64,000 bases of DNA from Tagaea sp. (GCA_965279525.1 CBDIIB010000005.1:32001-96000), one strand, 5' to 3'. Positions 23,992-39,175 are shown, counted from the first letter of the stretch. Numbers and translations: made by a program. Notes: generated from the sequence alone by a model not told the origin.

Positions 23992-24939
23992 TTGCTCGGC
24001 AAGCGTACACAAAAGCCACGTACCGTTGCGCAGCGCACCCTGAAGGGTCCGATCGCCTGCACCGGCACCGGCCTGCATTCCGGCCGGAAGGTCGCGATGC
24101 AGCTCCTGCCGGCACCGCCCAATCACGGCATCGTGTTCCGCCGGCGCGACGTGCCCGGCGACGCCGGCATCCTGAAGGCCGATTTCCGCGCCGTGCGCGA
24201 CACGCGCCTGTGCTCGATGCTGGCCAACGACGCGGGCACGAAGATCGGCACGGTCGAGCATCTGATGGCCGCCCTCTACGGCTCGGAGATCGACAACCTG
24301 ATCGTCGAACTGGACGCCGACGAAGTGCCGGTCATGGACGGCTCGGCCGCCCCGTTCCTGTTCCTTGTCGACTGCGCCGGAACCATCGAGCAGGCGGCGC
24401 CGCGCCGCGCCATCGAGATCCTGGCCCCCGTCGCCTTCGAAGAAGGCGACGCGCACATGGCGCTGACGCCGGGTGCGGGCTTCTCGGCCGAGTTCGAGAT
24501 CGATTTCGCCAACGAGGCGATCGGCCGGCAGGCCATCCACGTGGCACTGGAACCGGCGAGCTTCCGCCAGGAAATCGCGCGCGCCCGCACGTTCGGCTTC
24601 GAGCACGAGGTCGCCTCGCTGCGCGCGATGGGCCTTGCCCGCGGCGGTTCGCTCGACAACGCGGTCGTCGTGTCGGGCGAGCGCATCCTCAACGAGGACG
24701 GCCTGCGCTTCGACGACGAGTTCGTGCGCCACAAGGTGCTCGACCTGGTCGGCGACTTCTACCTCGCCGGCGCCCCGATCCTGGGCCACGTGCAGGCCCG
24801 GCGCAGCGGCCACCGCCACAACAACGCGCTGCTGCATGCCCTGTTCGCCAGCCCCGCCGCCTGGCGCTGGACCGAAGTGGGTGCCGATACCTATTCCCGC
24901 CCGATCGCGGCCCGCGCCAGCGTTCTGGCCTCCGATTGA
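23992..24939 (+). CDS. lpxC: UDP-3-O-acyl-GlcNAc deacetylase (start uncertain; TTG after GGAG chosen)
   Basis: QRTL, GLHSG, TVEHLMAAL, ARTFGF, RHKVLD. Confidence 0.95.
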   Translation: MLGKRTQKPRTVAQRTLKGPIACTGTGLHSGRKVAMQLLPAPPNHGIVFRRRDVPGDAGILKADFRAVRDTRLCSMLANDAGTKIGTVEHLMAALYGSEIDNLIVELDADEVPVMDGSAAPFLFLVDCAGTIEQAAPRRAIEILAPVAFEEGDAHMALTPGAGFSAEFEIDFANEAIGRQAIHVALEPASFRQEIARARTFGFEHEVASLRAMGLARGGSLDNAVVVSGERILNEDGLRFDDEFVRHKVLDLVGDFYLAGAPILGHVQARRSGHRHNNALLHALFASPAAWRWTEVGADTYSRPIAARASVLASD

Positions 24940-25000
24940 CCGGCCCGCCCGGCCTTCGGGCAGGGCTGAAATTCCCTCCGGATTCGCCTATATTGGGACC

Positions 25001-25837
25001 ATGATCGCCAGACGCGCCCCCCGGACGATTCGCCTCGCCGCCGCCCTTGCCCTCGGCGCGCTTGCCGCTGCCTGCAGCGGCACCGAGGAAGAGGCCTATG
25101 TCGAGAAGCCGGTCGAGGAACTCTACAACAACGCCGTGAACGCGATGTCGACCGGCAACAACATCCGGGCGGCCAAGCTGTTCGACGAGGTCGAGCGCCA
25201 GCACCCCTATTCGGTCTGGGCGACCCGGGCGCTGCTGCAGGCCGCCTATGCGCACTACCAGGCCAACAAGTACGACGACGCCATCGTGGCGCTGGACCGT
25301 TTCATCCAGCTCAACCCGTCCAATCGCGACGTCGCCTACGCCTATTATCTGAAGGCGCTGTGCAACTACGAGCAGATCACCGACGTGGCGCGCGACGCGC
25401 GCATGACCGAGCTTTCCCTGCAGGCGCTGCAGGAGGTCGTGCGCCGCTTTCCCGAAACGTCCTTCGCGCGCGACGCGCGCGTGAAGATCGACCTCACCTA
25501 CGACCATCTCGCCGGCAAGGAGATGGAGGTCGGACGCTTCTATCTCAAGCGCGGCCAGTGGCTGGCGGCGATCAACCGCTTCCGCACGGTCGTGGACAAG
25601 TACCAGACCACGGGCCACACGCCCGAAGCGCTCCACCGCCTGGTCGAGGCCTACATGGCGCTTGGCCTCGTCGACGAGGCGCGCCGGTCGGCCGCCGTGC
25701 TCGGCCACAACTATCCCGGCAGCGAGTGGTACCAGGACTCCTACGCGCTGGTCGGCACGGGCCAGCTGCCCAAGGACGAGCGCCCGGGCATCGTCTCGCG
25801 CACGCTCAACGCCCTCAATCCGCTGAACCTGTTCTAG
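25001..25837 (+). CDS. bamD: Outer membrane protein assembly lipoprotein BamD
   Basis: Lipobox LAAAC, TPR-like repeats, EVERQHPYS, AAINRF. Confidence 0.93.
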   Translation: MIARRAPRTIRLAAALALGALAAACSGTEEEAYVEKPVEELYNNAVNAMSTGNNIRAAKLFDEVERQHPYSVWATRALLQAAYAHYQANKYDDAIVALDRFIQLNPSNRDVAYAYYLKALCNYEQITDVARDARMTELSLQALQEVVRRFPETSFARDARVKIDLTYDHLAGKEMEVGRFYLKRGQWLAAINRFRTVVDKYQTTGHTPEALHRLVEAYMALGLVDEARRSAAVLGHNYPGSEWYQDSYALVGTGQLPKDERPGIVSRTLNALNPLNLF

Positions 25838-25871
25838 ATCGCGGGCTCGCCGGTCTAGGAATAAATAACGA

Positions 25872-25908
25872 GAACATATTGACAACATCCGGGCTTCGCC
25901 GCTAGCCT
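25872..25908 (+). promoter_or_regulatory. Putative LexA box overlapping recN promoter
   Basis: GAAC-N7-CAAC (alphaproteobacterial GAAC-N7-GAAC, 1 mismatch) overlapping TTGACA, with TAGCCT 18 bp downstream. Confidence 0.6.
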
Positions 25909-26047
25909 CTGCGTGCGAGTCCCCCTCCCACACCTCGCGAGGCCGCTGCCCGTGACAAACCCTCCCCGCCGGTCCCCGGAACGCCCGCATCTGACGCTCG
26001 TGCCGCCCGCCTTCCCTGTGGCCGATTCTCCCGCTACATCGAAGGCG

Positions 26048-29885
<3,838 letters not shown>

Positions 29886-29886
<1 letters not shown>

Positions 29887-30179
29887 TGGCGTCCGTCACC
29901 GCGACGGCACCCGACGGCCGCGTCGTCGTGGTCCACGAATATGCGGGCGACGAGCTGGGCGAGGATTACGCGCTCGCCGACATCGTCGAAGATCTCGCGA
30001 TCGGCCGGATGGACGGGGACGCGTTCGTGATCGAGCGCCGCCAGCTTCGCGAGCTGGAAACGCTCGCCCACGGCTTCTCGTTCGACTATCCGGAAGGCTT
30101 CGTCGAGATGTGCCTCGACATCGTGCGCGCAGGCGCAAGCCTGCCCGGGGACAGCTTGCGCTTCGAGGCGGATTTCTGA
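29886..30179 (+). CDS. Small acidic hypothetical protein
   Basis: TAATG coupling to ligA; host-like codon usage. Confidence 0.65.
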
Positions 30180-30183
30180 AACG

Positions 30184-30801
30184 TCAGGGCTTGCGCGCGA
30201 AGGCCAGAAGCGCGCCGAGCCCGCAGATCGCGACACCCGATGCCGCGCGCACGCGACGCAGGATGTCGGGCCGGCGGGTCAGGCCGTCGCGCGCCCGCAC
30301 GGCCCCGAACACGACGGCCACGTCGACGCCGGTGTTCAGCAGCACCGAGATGCAGCCCAGAAGCACGAACTGCCCCGCCACGCCGCCGGCCGACGGATCG
30401 ACGAACTGCGGCAGGAAGGCGAGGAAGAAGGCCGCCGTCTTCGGGTTGAGCGCCTCGACGACGATGCCTTCGCGAAACGCGCGGGCAGCGCCCGTCGCGG
30501 CGACGGGCCCCGCGACGGCGATCCCGGCCTCGCGCACGGTCTTGATGCCGAGCCAGACGAGATAGATGGCCCCGGCGAACTTCAGCAGCGCGAAGGCTTC
30601 CGCACTCGCGAGCACGAGCGCCGACACGCCGAGCGCACCGGCCAGCACATGCACGAGTCCGCCAAGGCCGGTGCCGAACGTCGAGGCGAGCCCCTCGGCC
30701 CGGCCGCCGGCCAGCGTGCGCGCGGCGACATAGAAGATGCCGGGACCCGGCGTGAGCGCCACGACAAAGGCGGCGACCAGGAAAAGCGCGAATTCCGTCA
30801 T
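30184..30801 (-). CDS. LysE/RhtB family translocator
   Basis: LTPGPG, GAIYLVWLG, LNPKTAAFFLAFLPQFV. Confidence 0.92.
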   Translation of the reverse strand: MTEFALFLVAAFVVALTPGPGIFYVAARTLAGGRAEGLASTFGTGLGGLVHVLAGALGVSALVLASAEAFALLKFAGAIYLVWLGIKTVREAGIAVAGPVAATGAARAFREGIVVEALNPKTAAFFLAFLPQFVDPSAGGVAGQFVLLGCISVLLNTGVDVAVVFGAVRARDGLTRRPDILRRVRAASGVAICGLGALLAFARKP

Positions 30802-32825
30802 GCGATCTTCGCCGTCGCCGCTTCGAGCCAGCCGCGCGTCTGGGCATCCACCAGCGGGCCGATCTCGGCCGCCACGCGCGCGTGATAGGCGTCGAGCCAT
30901 GCGGTTTCGCCCGCATCCAGCAGCTCGCGCGCGACGAGTGCCCGGTCGATGGGGGCAAGCGTCAGCGTCTCGAAACCCAGCATCGGGCGTTCGGCCCCCG
31001 CCGGCATCGGCAGTTCGGTGACCGCGATCAGGTTCTCGATGCGGATTCCGTAGGCGCCGGTCTTGTAGTAGCCCGGCTCGTTCGAAACGATCATGCCCGG
31101 CTGCAGCGCCACGCTGTTGGGCATCTTTGAAATTCGGTGCGGTCCCTCGTGCACCGACAGGTACGAACCCACGCCGTGGCCCGTGCCGTGGTCGTAGTCG
31201 AGGCCCACTTCCCACAGCGCATGGCGTGCGAGCGCGTCGAGCTGCGAGCCCGACGTGCCCTTGGGGAAGCGGGCGCGGGCAAGCGCGATATGGCCCTTCA
31301 GCACGCGCGTGAAACGGTCCTTCTGCTCGTCGGTCGGCTTGCCGACCGCAAGCGTGCGCGTCACGTCGGTCGTGCCGTCGGGATACTGGCCGCCGGAATC
31401 GACGAGGAACAGCATGTCGGGCTCGAGCCGGCGCGAGGTCGACGGCGTGGCGCGGTAATGCACGATGGCGCCGTTGGGCCCGGCGCCCGAGATCGTGTCG
31501 AAGCTCGTGTCGCGCAGGTCGCCGCCCTGCCGGCGGAACTCCAGCAGCTTGTCGCCGACCGCGATCTCGTCCCACTTGCCCGTCGGTGCCTCGCGGGCAA
31601 GCCACGCGAGGAAGCGCACCAGCGATGCGCCGTCGCGCACGTGTGCCGCACGGCTGCCCGCCAGTTCCTGCGGGTTCTTGCAGGCCTTGGGCAGCGCGCA
31701 CACGCACGCGTCGCGCACCAATACCGCACCCGATGCGGCAAGAAGCTGGTCGATCCATGCCGATGCGGTCAGCCGGTCGGTCAGCACGCGCGCCTTGTCG
31801 GCACCCAGCGCTTCGAGGGCGGGTCCCAGCGCTTCGGGTGCCGCCACGCGCACGCGGTTGCCCAGATGCGCCTTCGTCTCGGGCAGAAGCTTGCGTGCGT
31901 CCATGAACAGGTCGAGCGGGCGGCTCTCGTCGGCATGCAGGATCGCGAAACCCAGGGCCAGCGGCGTGTGCGGCACGTCGGCGCCGCGGATGTTGAGCAG
32001 CCAGGCGAGACTGTCGGGGGCCGTGACGATCGCGGCGGCGATGCCGTCCTTGCGCAGCTTCGCCGCAAGCTCGGCGCGCTTTTCTTCCGACGACTTGCCG
32101 GCGAGTTCGATTGGATGCGGGCGCGCGGGCGAAAGTGCCGGTGCGGGCTGGCCCTTCCACACGGCGTCGATCGGATTGCGCTTTACCGGAACAAGACTTG
32201 CCCCCGCGCGCTCGCACGCCAGGCGCAGCCGGTCGACCGAATCGCTCGAATGGAGCCAAGGGTCGTAGCCGATGCGCCCGCCCTTGGGCGCGTTGGCGGC
32301 CAGCCAGTCGGACGGCGGCTCCTCGACCAGATGGCGATACTCGAAGACCGTCGCGTCGACCTGCGTGCGGACCTGCAGCGTGTAGCGCCCGTCGACGAAC
32401 ATCGCCGCCTTGCCGGCAAGCACGATGCACGCACCGGCCGATCCGGTGAAGCCGGTGAGCCATTCCAGCCGCTCGGCGCGCGGGCTGACATATTCGCCCT
32501 GATGCTCGTCGCCGCGCGGCAGCACGAAGCCGGCGAGATCCTGACGCACGAGTTCGATGCGCAACTCGCCGACGCGGCTGCGCTGCCATCTTCCTTCGCC
32601 AAGCCCGTCGTCGTGGCCGGCGGCGAGTTCGGCGTGGAGGGCATCGAGCTGGGCTTTGAGCGCATCGGACGGCCGCGCGCAGACAAGTGCGTGCCACGCC
32701 CGCACGTCGAGGGCGGGCGGAGTCGAGAGCACGCCCGCGACGATCGCGCGCACGGCGGCGACATCGGCGTTCGCGTCGTTCTTCGCCAGCAGCTTCGCCA
32801 GCGCTTCGTCACCCTGATAGGTCAT
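30798..32825 (-). CDS. Xaa-Pro aminopeptidase (aminopeptidase P) with N-terminal extension; alternative start 32861
   Basis: TGFTGSAG, DGRY, DSGGQYPDGTTDVTRT, HGTGHGVG, NEPGYY. Confidence 0.93.
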   Translation of the reverse strand: MTYQGDEALAKLLAKNDANADVAAVRAIVAGVLSTPPALDVRAWHALVCARPSDALKAQLDALHAELAAGHDDGLGEGRWQRSRVGELRIELVRQDLAGFVLPRGDEHQGEYVSPRAERLEWLTGFTGSAGACIVLAGKAAMFVDGRYTLQVRTQVDATVFEYRHLVEEPPSDWLAANAPKGGRIGYDPWLHSSDSVDRLRLACERAGASLVPVKRNPIDAVWKGQPAPALSPARPHPIELAGKSSEEKRAELAAKLRKDGIAAAIVTAPDSLAWLLNIRGADVPHTPLALGFAILHADESRPLDLFMDARKLLPETKAHLGNRVRVAAPEALGPALEALGADKARVLTDRLTASAWIDQLLAASGAVLVRDACVCALPKACKNPQELAGSRAAHVRDGASLVRFLAWLAREAPTGKWDEIAVGDKLLEFRRQGGDLRDTSFDTISGAGPNGAIVHYRATPSTSRRLEPDMLFLVDSGGQYPDGTTDVTRTLAVGKPTDEQKDRFTRVLKGHIALARARFPKGTSGSQLDALARHALWEVGLDYDHGTGHGVGSYLSVHEGPHRISKMPNSVALQPGMIVSNEPGYYKTGAYGIRIENLIAVTELPMPAGAERPMLGFETLTLAPIDRALVARELLDAGETAWLDAYHARVAAEIGPLVDAQTRGWLEAATAKIA

Positions 32826-33073
32826 TCGGCACACGGACTTGGAGGGGGAGGAATCGGTCATTCGCGCGGCAGGATATCGGCACGCCGGATCGGCCGAGCC
32901 CTGCAAAATTTGGCGAAAATGTGCCGGTAACATGCGTTTTATGCATTGCTGCGGCGCAGTATTAACCCATTTCCTGCGGGGCTGGCGGGCCTAAGTTGAT
33001 CTCGTTCGTTCGTGCACGATCAAACGACCCGATTGGCGGGTCCCCGCGCCGAACGCAGATGGAGAAGTGAATT

Positions 33074-33439
33074 ATGTCCGCCACCCAGCTTTCGCCCACC
33101 CTTTACGGCCGCGTGTCGGCCACTCAGGTGGAGACGGCCCTGGAAGCGCGGCGCGTGCGTACCCAGGCGCTCGCCGCCCTTGCTGCCGACGGTCTCGGCG
33201 CGATCGGGTCCGGCCTCAAGGCGCTGTTCGGTCGCATCAAGACGTGGAGCGAGCGCCGCAGCACCTACGCCGAGCTCGAAGGTCTCGACGACCGCATCCT
33301 GGCCGACATCGGCCTGTCGCGCGGCGAGATCGCCCAGGTCGCCGAAGGCCACTATGTCCGCGACCAGGACGGCTACACGTTCGCCGCCAAGCCGGCCCCG
33401 GCCGCCAACGCGGCAGCGTTCGAAGCAAAGGCCGCCTGA
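33074..33439 (+). CDS. DUF1127-containing small protein
   Basis: RRSTYAELEGLDDRILADIGLSRGEI motif. Confidence 0.85.
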   Translation: MSATQLSPTLYGRVSATQVETALEARRVRTQALAALAADGLGAIGSGLKALFGRIKTWSERRSTYAELEGLDDRILADIGLSRGEIAQVAEGHYVRDQDGYTFAAKPAPAANAAAFEAKAA

Positions 33440-33468
33440 ACAAGGCGTTCCTTCGCAGGACGGAAATG

Positions 33469-33501
33469 ACGGCGGCCTTGCGAAAGCAGGGCCGCCGTTT
33501 T
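33469..33501 (+). terminator. Intrinsic terminator between convergent genes
   Basis: ACGGCGGCCTTGC-GAAA-GCAGGGCCGCCGT-TTT. Confidence 0.75.
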
Positions 33502-33506
33502 CGATT

Positions 33507-34019
33507 CTAGAGCATCTCCCCGGTCCGCAGCCGGTAGACCGCGACGCTGAGCAGCATCGCGACGGGCCGGTCCTCGCCGGCAAGCGGCAGTGTCAGACGT
33601 TCGGCTTCGGCGATGTCGTGGAGCGGCAGCGCGTGGGGCGGAGGCGCCAGGTTCCACGTGGGGATGCCTTGGCGTGCGGTGAGGGCGAGCGAGCGTCCGA
33701 ATGCGGTCTCGTTGAGGCCCGGCACTTCCTCGTCGAGATAGCCGCCGGTCTGGTCGTTGTTGCGCGCGCGCGTCACGGCCGTGCCGACGACGCGATAGCG
33801 GTAGCGCCCGGTGCCCGGCTCGATATCGGCAAGCCAGATGTTGGGAAGCAGCTTGGGGATGTCGATCGGATCGATGTCGGAACGCCGCGGCACGCGCCCG
33901 CTATTGACGCGCACGCCGCACCAGTAATCCCAGAGTGCTGCGATCTTCCAGTGGCGGGTCGGCGGAAACGGGGCGACGGGCTGTGAATTTGCGTCCAAGG
34001 AAATCTCTCGGCATTCCAT
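33507..34019 (-). CDS. Stand-alone PAS-domain protein (PAS_5/DUF1457-like)
   Basis: LWDYW...PRRSDIDPIDIPKLLPNIWL...YRVVGT...ERLTLPL. Confidence 0.75.
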   Translation of the reverse strand: MECREISLDANSQPVAPFPPTRHWKIAALWDYWCGVRVNSGRVPRRSDIDPIDIPKLLPNIWLADIEPGTGRYRYRVVGTAVTRARNNDQTGGYLDEEVPGLNETAFGRSLALTARQGIPTWNLAPPPHALPLHDIAEAERLTLPLAGEDRPVAMLLSVAVYRLRTGEML

Positions 34020-34091
34020 TCAAGGAAGCCGAGTCTGTCATCAGAATAATTAATTTAAGGTTAGACCTATCAAGTTGAATTTTCCGCGCAA

Positions 34092-35006
34092 TCAGGCGGC
34101 AGCGACCGCATTTTTTTCAGCGGCGGCCGCAAGACTTTCGATGCGGTCGAGCAGCGGCACGAAATGGTCGAGCTCGGCCTCCGCCTCGGCATTCGCCGCG
34201 CGAAGTTCCGCCAACGTGACCGTGCTTTCGGCAAGTGCCCGCTCCTTGTCGACGGCGTGCGCCGCGGCCGCCTCGAAGCGCGACTGCGCCTCGGCGATCT
34301 GCGCCTCGGCGGCTTCGGCGCGCGTCTGCACTTCGGCAAGCTTCGCCGCCAGCGATGCCGCCTCGGCCTTCAAGGCCGCGTGCTCGGCCTCGATCTTCGA
34401 AAGGTTGCCTTGCGTCTCGCCGGCGCGCGCCTGCGCGTCGATGGCGCGGCTGTCGGCATCGTCGGCACGGCCCTGCGCGTCCGCCAGTTCCGCTTCGAGT
34501 GCCGACAGGCGTGCCGCCTGCGCGCCGGCCTCGGTCTGCGCACGCGCGAGCTTCGCCTCGTAGTCGCCAAGTCGCTTGCCCATGTCCTCGGCCTTGGCGA
34601 TCCAGCTCTGCGTGGCGGCCTCCGCGCGCGCGCGCGAATCCTCGGCCGCCTTGGTCTCGTGGCGCGCGGTCTCGGCCGCCTCGCGTTCGCGCGCGAGCAG
34701 CGCTTCGGCGGTGGCGAGTGCCGCCTTCGCCGCCTCGTTCGCCTGCACGAGTTCGGGATCGATCACCACGCGCGGCGGCGCGTTGCGCAGTTCCTCGATC
34801 TCGTCGTAGGCACCGGCAAGTTCGTCGCCGAGATTGAGTGCCGCCAGCAGCATCAGGCGCGCGTCGCCCGCCTGGCCCACCTGGCCGGCGATCTCGCGCA
34901 CCTTCTCGTCGACATAGCTGCCGATGCCGCGCACGCGTTCTTCGCGCCCGTCGTCGCACACGATGGGATAGTCGCGGCCGTTCACGCGGATGGAGATCTG
35001 GCTCAT
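34092..35006 (-). CDS. zapA: ZapA with long coiled-coil insertion (304 aa)
   Basis: ISIRVNGRDYPIVCDDGREE...RLMLLAALNLGDE N-terminus. Confidence 0.85.
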   Translation of the reverse strand: MSQISIRVNGRDYPIVCDDGREERVRGIGSYVDEKVREIAGQVGQAGDARLMLLAALNLGDELAGAYDEIEELRNAPPRVVIDPELVQANEAAKAALATAEALLAREREAAETARHETKAAEDSRARAEAATQSWIAKAEDMGKRLGDYEAKLARAQTEAGAQAARLSALEAELADAQGRADDADSRAIDAQARAGETQGNLSKIEAEHAALKAEAASLAAKLAEVQTRAEAAEAQIAEAQSRFEAAAAHAVDKERALAESTVTLAELRAANAEAEAELDHFVPLLDRIESLAAAAEKNAVAAA

Positions 35007-35024
35007 CGGCTTTTGCTCCCGGGG

Positions 35025-35249
35025 CTAGACGCTGCCGGCCTTCAGTTTCTCGATCGCCTTGTCGAGCCGCGATTCGACCTGGTCGGCGAGGCCCGACAGG
35101 GCCGCGTAGTCGGCCTTGAGCTTCGCCAGCTCCGCTTCGGCGGCTTCGGCGCGGCCGCGCAGCCCCGACTCGGATTTGATGCGCGCCTCGAGGGCGGCTT
35201 CGAGACGCTGGACGGCGGCATTCAGGCGATCGAGGGACGGCGACGACAT
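35025..35249 (-). CDS. Small coiled-coil protein upstream of zapA (DUF4164/ZauP-like)
   Basis: 74 aa with heptad pattern; located between tkt and zapA. Confidence 0.7.
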   Translation of the reverse strand: MSSPSLDRLNAAVQRLEAALEARIKSESGLRGRAEAAEAELAKLKADYAALSGLADQVESRLDKAIEKLKAGSV

Positions 35250-35428
35250 GGGCGTTGTGAACTTTCCGAAAAACCAAGTTGCATTGCGATTGCGGCACCT
35301 TAAGGGCGGGATTCGAGTCGCGACAACGTCCTTGTCGTACCCCCGCCCCGAGCGGGGTTGACGGGGCACCCCCCGGGCGGCATGTTCCGCGCGTTTTCGG
35401 GTCTCCAACACCGTTAGAAGTGAGCCGG

Positions 35429-37465
35429 ATGAGCGCCGCACCCCAGACCGTCCCGACGAGTGCCCCCCTTCCCCTGAGCGACAGGCAGACCCCGGCGCAC
35501 ATGCGCCTGGCCAACGCCATCCGCGCGCTGTCGATGGATGCGGTCGAGAAGGCGAAATCGGGCCATCCGGGCATGCCGATGGGCATGGCGGACGTGGCGA
35601 CGGTGCTGTGGGGCAAGCACCTGAAGTTCGATCCCACGGCCCCCGACTGGGCCGACCGCGACCGCTTCGTGCTGTCGGCCGGCCACGGCTCGATGCTGCT
35701 CTATTCGCTGCTGCATCTGACCGGCTATGCCGACATGACGATGGGCGAGATCGAGCGCTTCCGCCAGCTGGGTGCCAAGACCGCCGGCCATCCCGAGTTC
35801 GGCCATGCGTCGGGCATCGAGACGACGACCGGCCCGCTCGGCCAGGGGCTGGGCAATGCCGTGGGCATGGCGCTGGCCGAACGCATGATGGCGGCCCGCT
35901 ACGGCGACGCCGTCGTCGACCATTACACCTATGTAATCGCCGGCGACGGCTGCCTGATGGAAGGCATCAGCCACGAGGCGATCTCGCTGGCGGGCCATCT
36001 GCGCCTCGCGAAGCTGATCGTGCTGTTCGACGACAATTCGATCTCGATCGACGGGCCGACCGACCTTGCCGTCTCCGACGACCAGGTCGCGCGCTTCAAG
36101 GCGTGCGGCTGGAACGCGGTGGCGATCGACGGCCACGACCCGGCCGCGATCGACGCGGCAATCACGGCCGCCAAGACGAGCGACCGGCCCACGATGATCG
36201 CCTGCAAGACGACCATCGGCTACGGCGCACCGACGAAGGCGGGTACGGCCGGCAGCCACGGCGCCCCGCTGGGTGCGGCCGAGATCGAGACCGCGCGCAA
36301 GCGCCTGGGCTGGACGGCCGCCCCCTTCCAGATCCCGGCCGACATCCTGACCGAATGGCGCGGCTTCGGTGCGGCCGGTGCCGCCAAGCGCGCATCGTGG
36401 GAACGGCGCGTGGCCAAGCTCGAACCGGCCCAGCGCGCCGAATTCCGCCGCGTGCTCGACGGCAAGCTGCCCAAGGGCTGGATCGAGGCGTGTGCGGCCT
36501 ACAAGGACAAGCTCGCCGCCGACAAGCCCAACATCGCCACGCGCGTCTCTTCGCAGAACGCGCTCGACGTGCTGACCGCCCTGGTTCCCGAGCTCGCCGG
36601 CGGCTCGGCCGATCTCACGGGCTCGAACAACACCAAGGCGAAGGCGCAGGGCATCGTGAAGCCCGGCAGCTTCGCGGGCAGCTACATCCACTATGGCGTG
36701 CGCGAGCACGGCATGGCCGCCGCGATGAACGGCATGGCGCTGCATGGCGGGCTCATCCCCTATGGCGGCACGTTCTTCGTGTTCACCGACTATTGCCGCC
36801 CGTCGATCCGCCTGTCGGCCCTGATGGGCCAGCGCGTGGTCTACGTGATGACGCACGATTCCATCGGCCTTGGCGAAGACGGCCCGACGCACCAGCCGGT
36901 CGAGCATCTGGCCGCGATGCGTTCGATGCCCAACGTGTGGACGATCCGCCCGGCCGACGCGATCGAAGCGCTCGAAGCCTGGCAGATCGCCATCGCGCGC
37001 GCCGACGGCCCGAGCGTGCTTTGCCTCACGCGCCAGAACCTGCCCACGCTGCGCGGGGCCCCCACCACCGAGAACCTTTCGGCAAAGGGCGGTTACGTGC
37101 TCGCCGAAGCCGATGGCGAACGCCAGGCCACGCTGGTCGCGACCGGGTCGGAAGTGATGCTGGCGATGGAAGCGCGCAAGCTGCTTGCCGCCGAAGGCAT
37201 CAAGGCCGCCGTCGTGTCGATGCCCTGCACGCAGGCGTTCGACCGGCAGACGGCCAAGTACCGCAAGGAAGTGCTGGGCCCGTCGCGCTGCCCGCGCATC
37301 GTGTGCGAGGCCGGCCTCGAATTCGGCTGGGAACGCTACATCGACGGCAAGGGCGCTTTTGTCGGCATGACCGGCTTCGGCGCCTCGGCCCCCGCCCCCG
37401 ATCTCTACAAGCATTTCGGCATCACCGCCGAGGCGATCGCGGCGGCGGCCAAGAAGCTCGTCTGA
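35429..37465 (+). CDS. tkt: Transketolase
   Basis: [33 protein letters not shown]. Confidence 0.98.
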   Translation: MSAAPQTVPTSAPLPLSDRQTPAHMRLANAIRALSMDAVEKAKSGHPGMPMGMADVATVLWGKHLKFDPTAPDWADRDRFVLSAGHGSMLLYSLLHLTGYADMTMGEIERFRQLGAKTAGHPEFGHASGIETTTGPLGQGLGNAVGMALAERMMAARYGDAVVDHYTYVIAGDGCLMEGISHEAISLAGHLRLAKLIVLFDDNSISIDGPTDLAVSDDQVARFKACGWNAVAIDGHDPAAIDAAITAAKTSDRPTMIACKTTIGYGAPTKAGTAGSHGAPLGAAEIETARKRLGWTAAPFQIPADILTEWRGFGAAGAAKRASWERRVAKLEPAQRAEFRRVLDGKLPKGWIEACAAYKDKLAADKPNIATRVSSQNALDVLTALVPELAGGSADLTGSNNTKAKAQGIVKPGSFAGSYIHYGVREHGMAAAMNGMALHGGLIPYGGTFFVFTDYCRPSIRLSALMGQRVVYVMTHDSIGLGEDGPTHQPVEHLAAMRSMPNVWTIRPADAIEALEAWQIAIARADGPSVLCLTRQNLPTLRGAPTTENLSAKGGYVLAEADGERQATLVATGSEVMLAMEARKLLAAEGIKAAVVSMPCTQAFDRQTAKYRKEVLGPSRCPRIVCEAGLEFGWERYIDGKGAFVGMTGFGASAPAPDLYKHFGITAEAIAAAAKKLV

Positions 37466-37467
37466 CG

Positions 37468-38136
37468 ATGCGCGACACGCTGCTCTTCGATCTCGACGGC
37501 ACGTTGACCGATACCGACGCGCTGCATTTCGAAGCGTATGTGCGCCTGCTCGCCCCCTATGGCAAGGCGGTCACGCACGACACGTACAAGTCGCGCATCA
37601 TGGGGGCGACGAACGACAGCATCATGGGCTGGCTGTTCCCCGATGCCGACGCCGCCGGGCGCAGCGAGCTTGCCGCGCGCAAGGAAGCGCTGTTCCGCAG
37701 CCTTGCCGACAAGATGGAACGCACCGAAGGCCTGACCGCCCTGCTCGACTGGGCCGCCGGACGCGGGCTCAAGACCGCCGTCGTCACCAACGCGCCGCGC
37801 GACAACGCCGAGATGATGCTGTCGCGCCTCGGCCTCGACACGCGCTTCGACACGCTGGTGATCGGCGACGAGCTGGCGCGCGGCAAGCCCGACCCGCTGC
37901 CCTATACGACGGCACTCGAGCGGCTTGGCGCATCCGCCGGTTCGGCGATCGCGTTCGAGGATTCGCGCTCCGGTATCGCCGCCGCCCACGCCGCGGGCAT
38001 CGATACGGTCGGCCTCACGACCGGGCTCGACGCTGCCGCTCTCGAAGCGGCCGGTGCCGTGGGGTCCGTCCCGCATTTCGCGCATCCCTGGCTCATCGCG
38101 CGGCTCGAAGCCGATTTCGGTTCGGCGCCGGGTTAG
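37468..38136 (+). CDS. HAD-family (subfamily IA) phosphatase
   Basis: FDLDGTL, VTN, GKPDP, FEDS motifs. Confidence 0.9.
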   Translation: MRDTLLFDLDGTLTDTDALHFEAYVRLLAPYGKAVTHDTYKSRIMGATNDSIMGWLFPDADAAGRSELAARKEALFRSLADKMERTEGLTALLDWAAGRGLKTAVVTNAPRDNAEMMLSRLGLDTRFDTLVIGDELARGKPDPLPYTTALERLGASAGSAIAFEDSRSGIAAAHAAGIDTVGLTTGLDAAALEAAGAVGSVPHFAHPWLIARLEADFGSAPG

Positions 38137-38166
38137 AATAGAAGTAGCCTTCAAGGAGAGAGCATC

Positions 38167-39174
<1,008 letters not shown>

Positions 39175-39175
39175 C

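Noticed and set aside
25913-26047. 45-aa N-terminal extension of RecN
   Set aside because: RecN homology begins at ATG 26048, which has an RBS-like GAAGG; upstream codons are atypical.
34020-34091. 6S RNA downstream of zapA
   Set aside because: Gap is only about 70 bp with no suitable structure.
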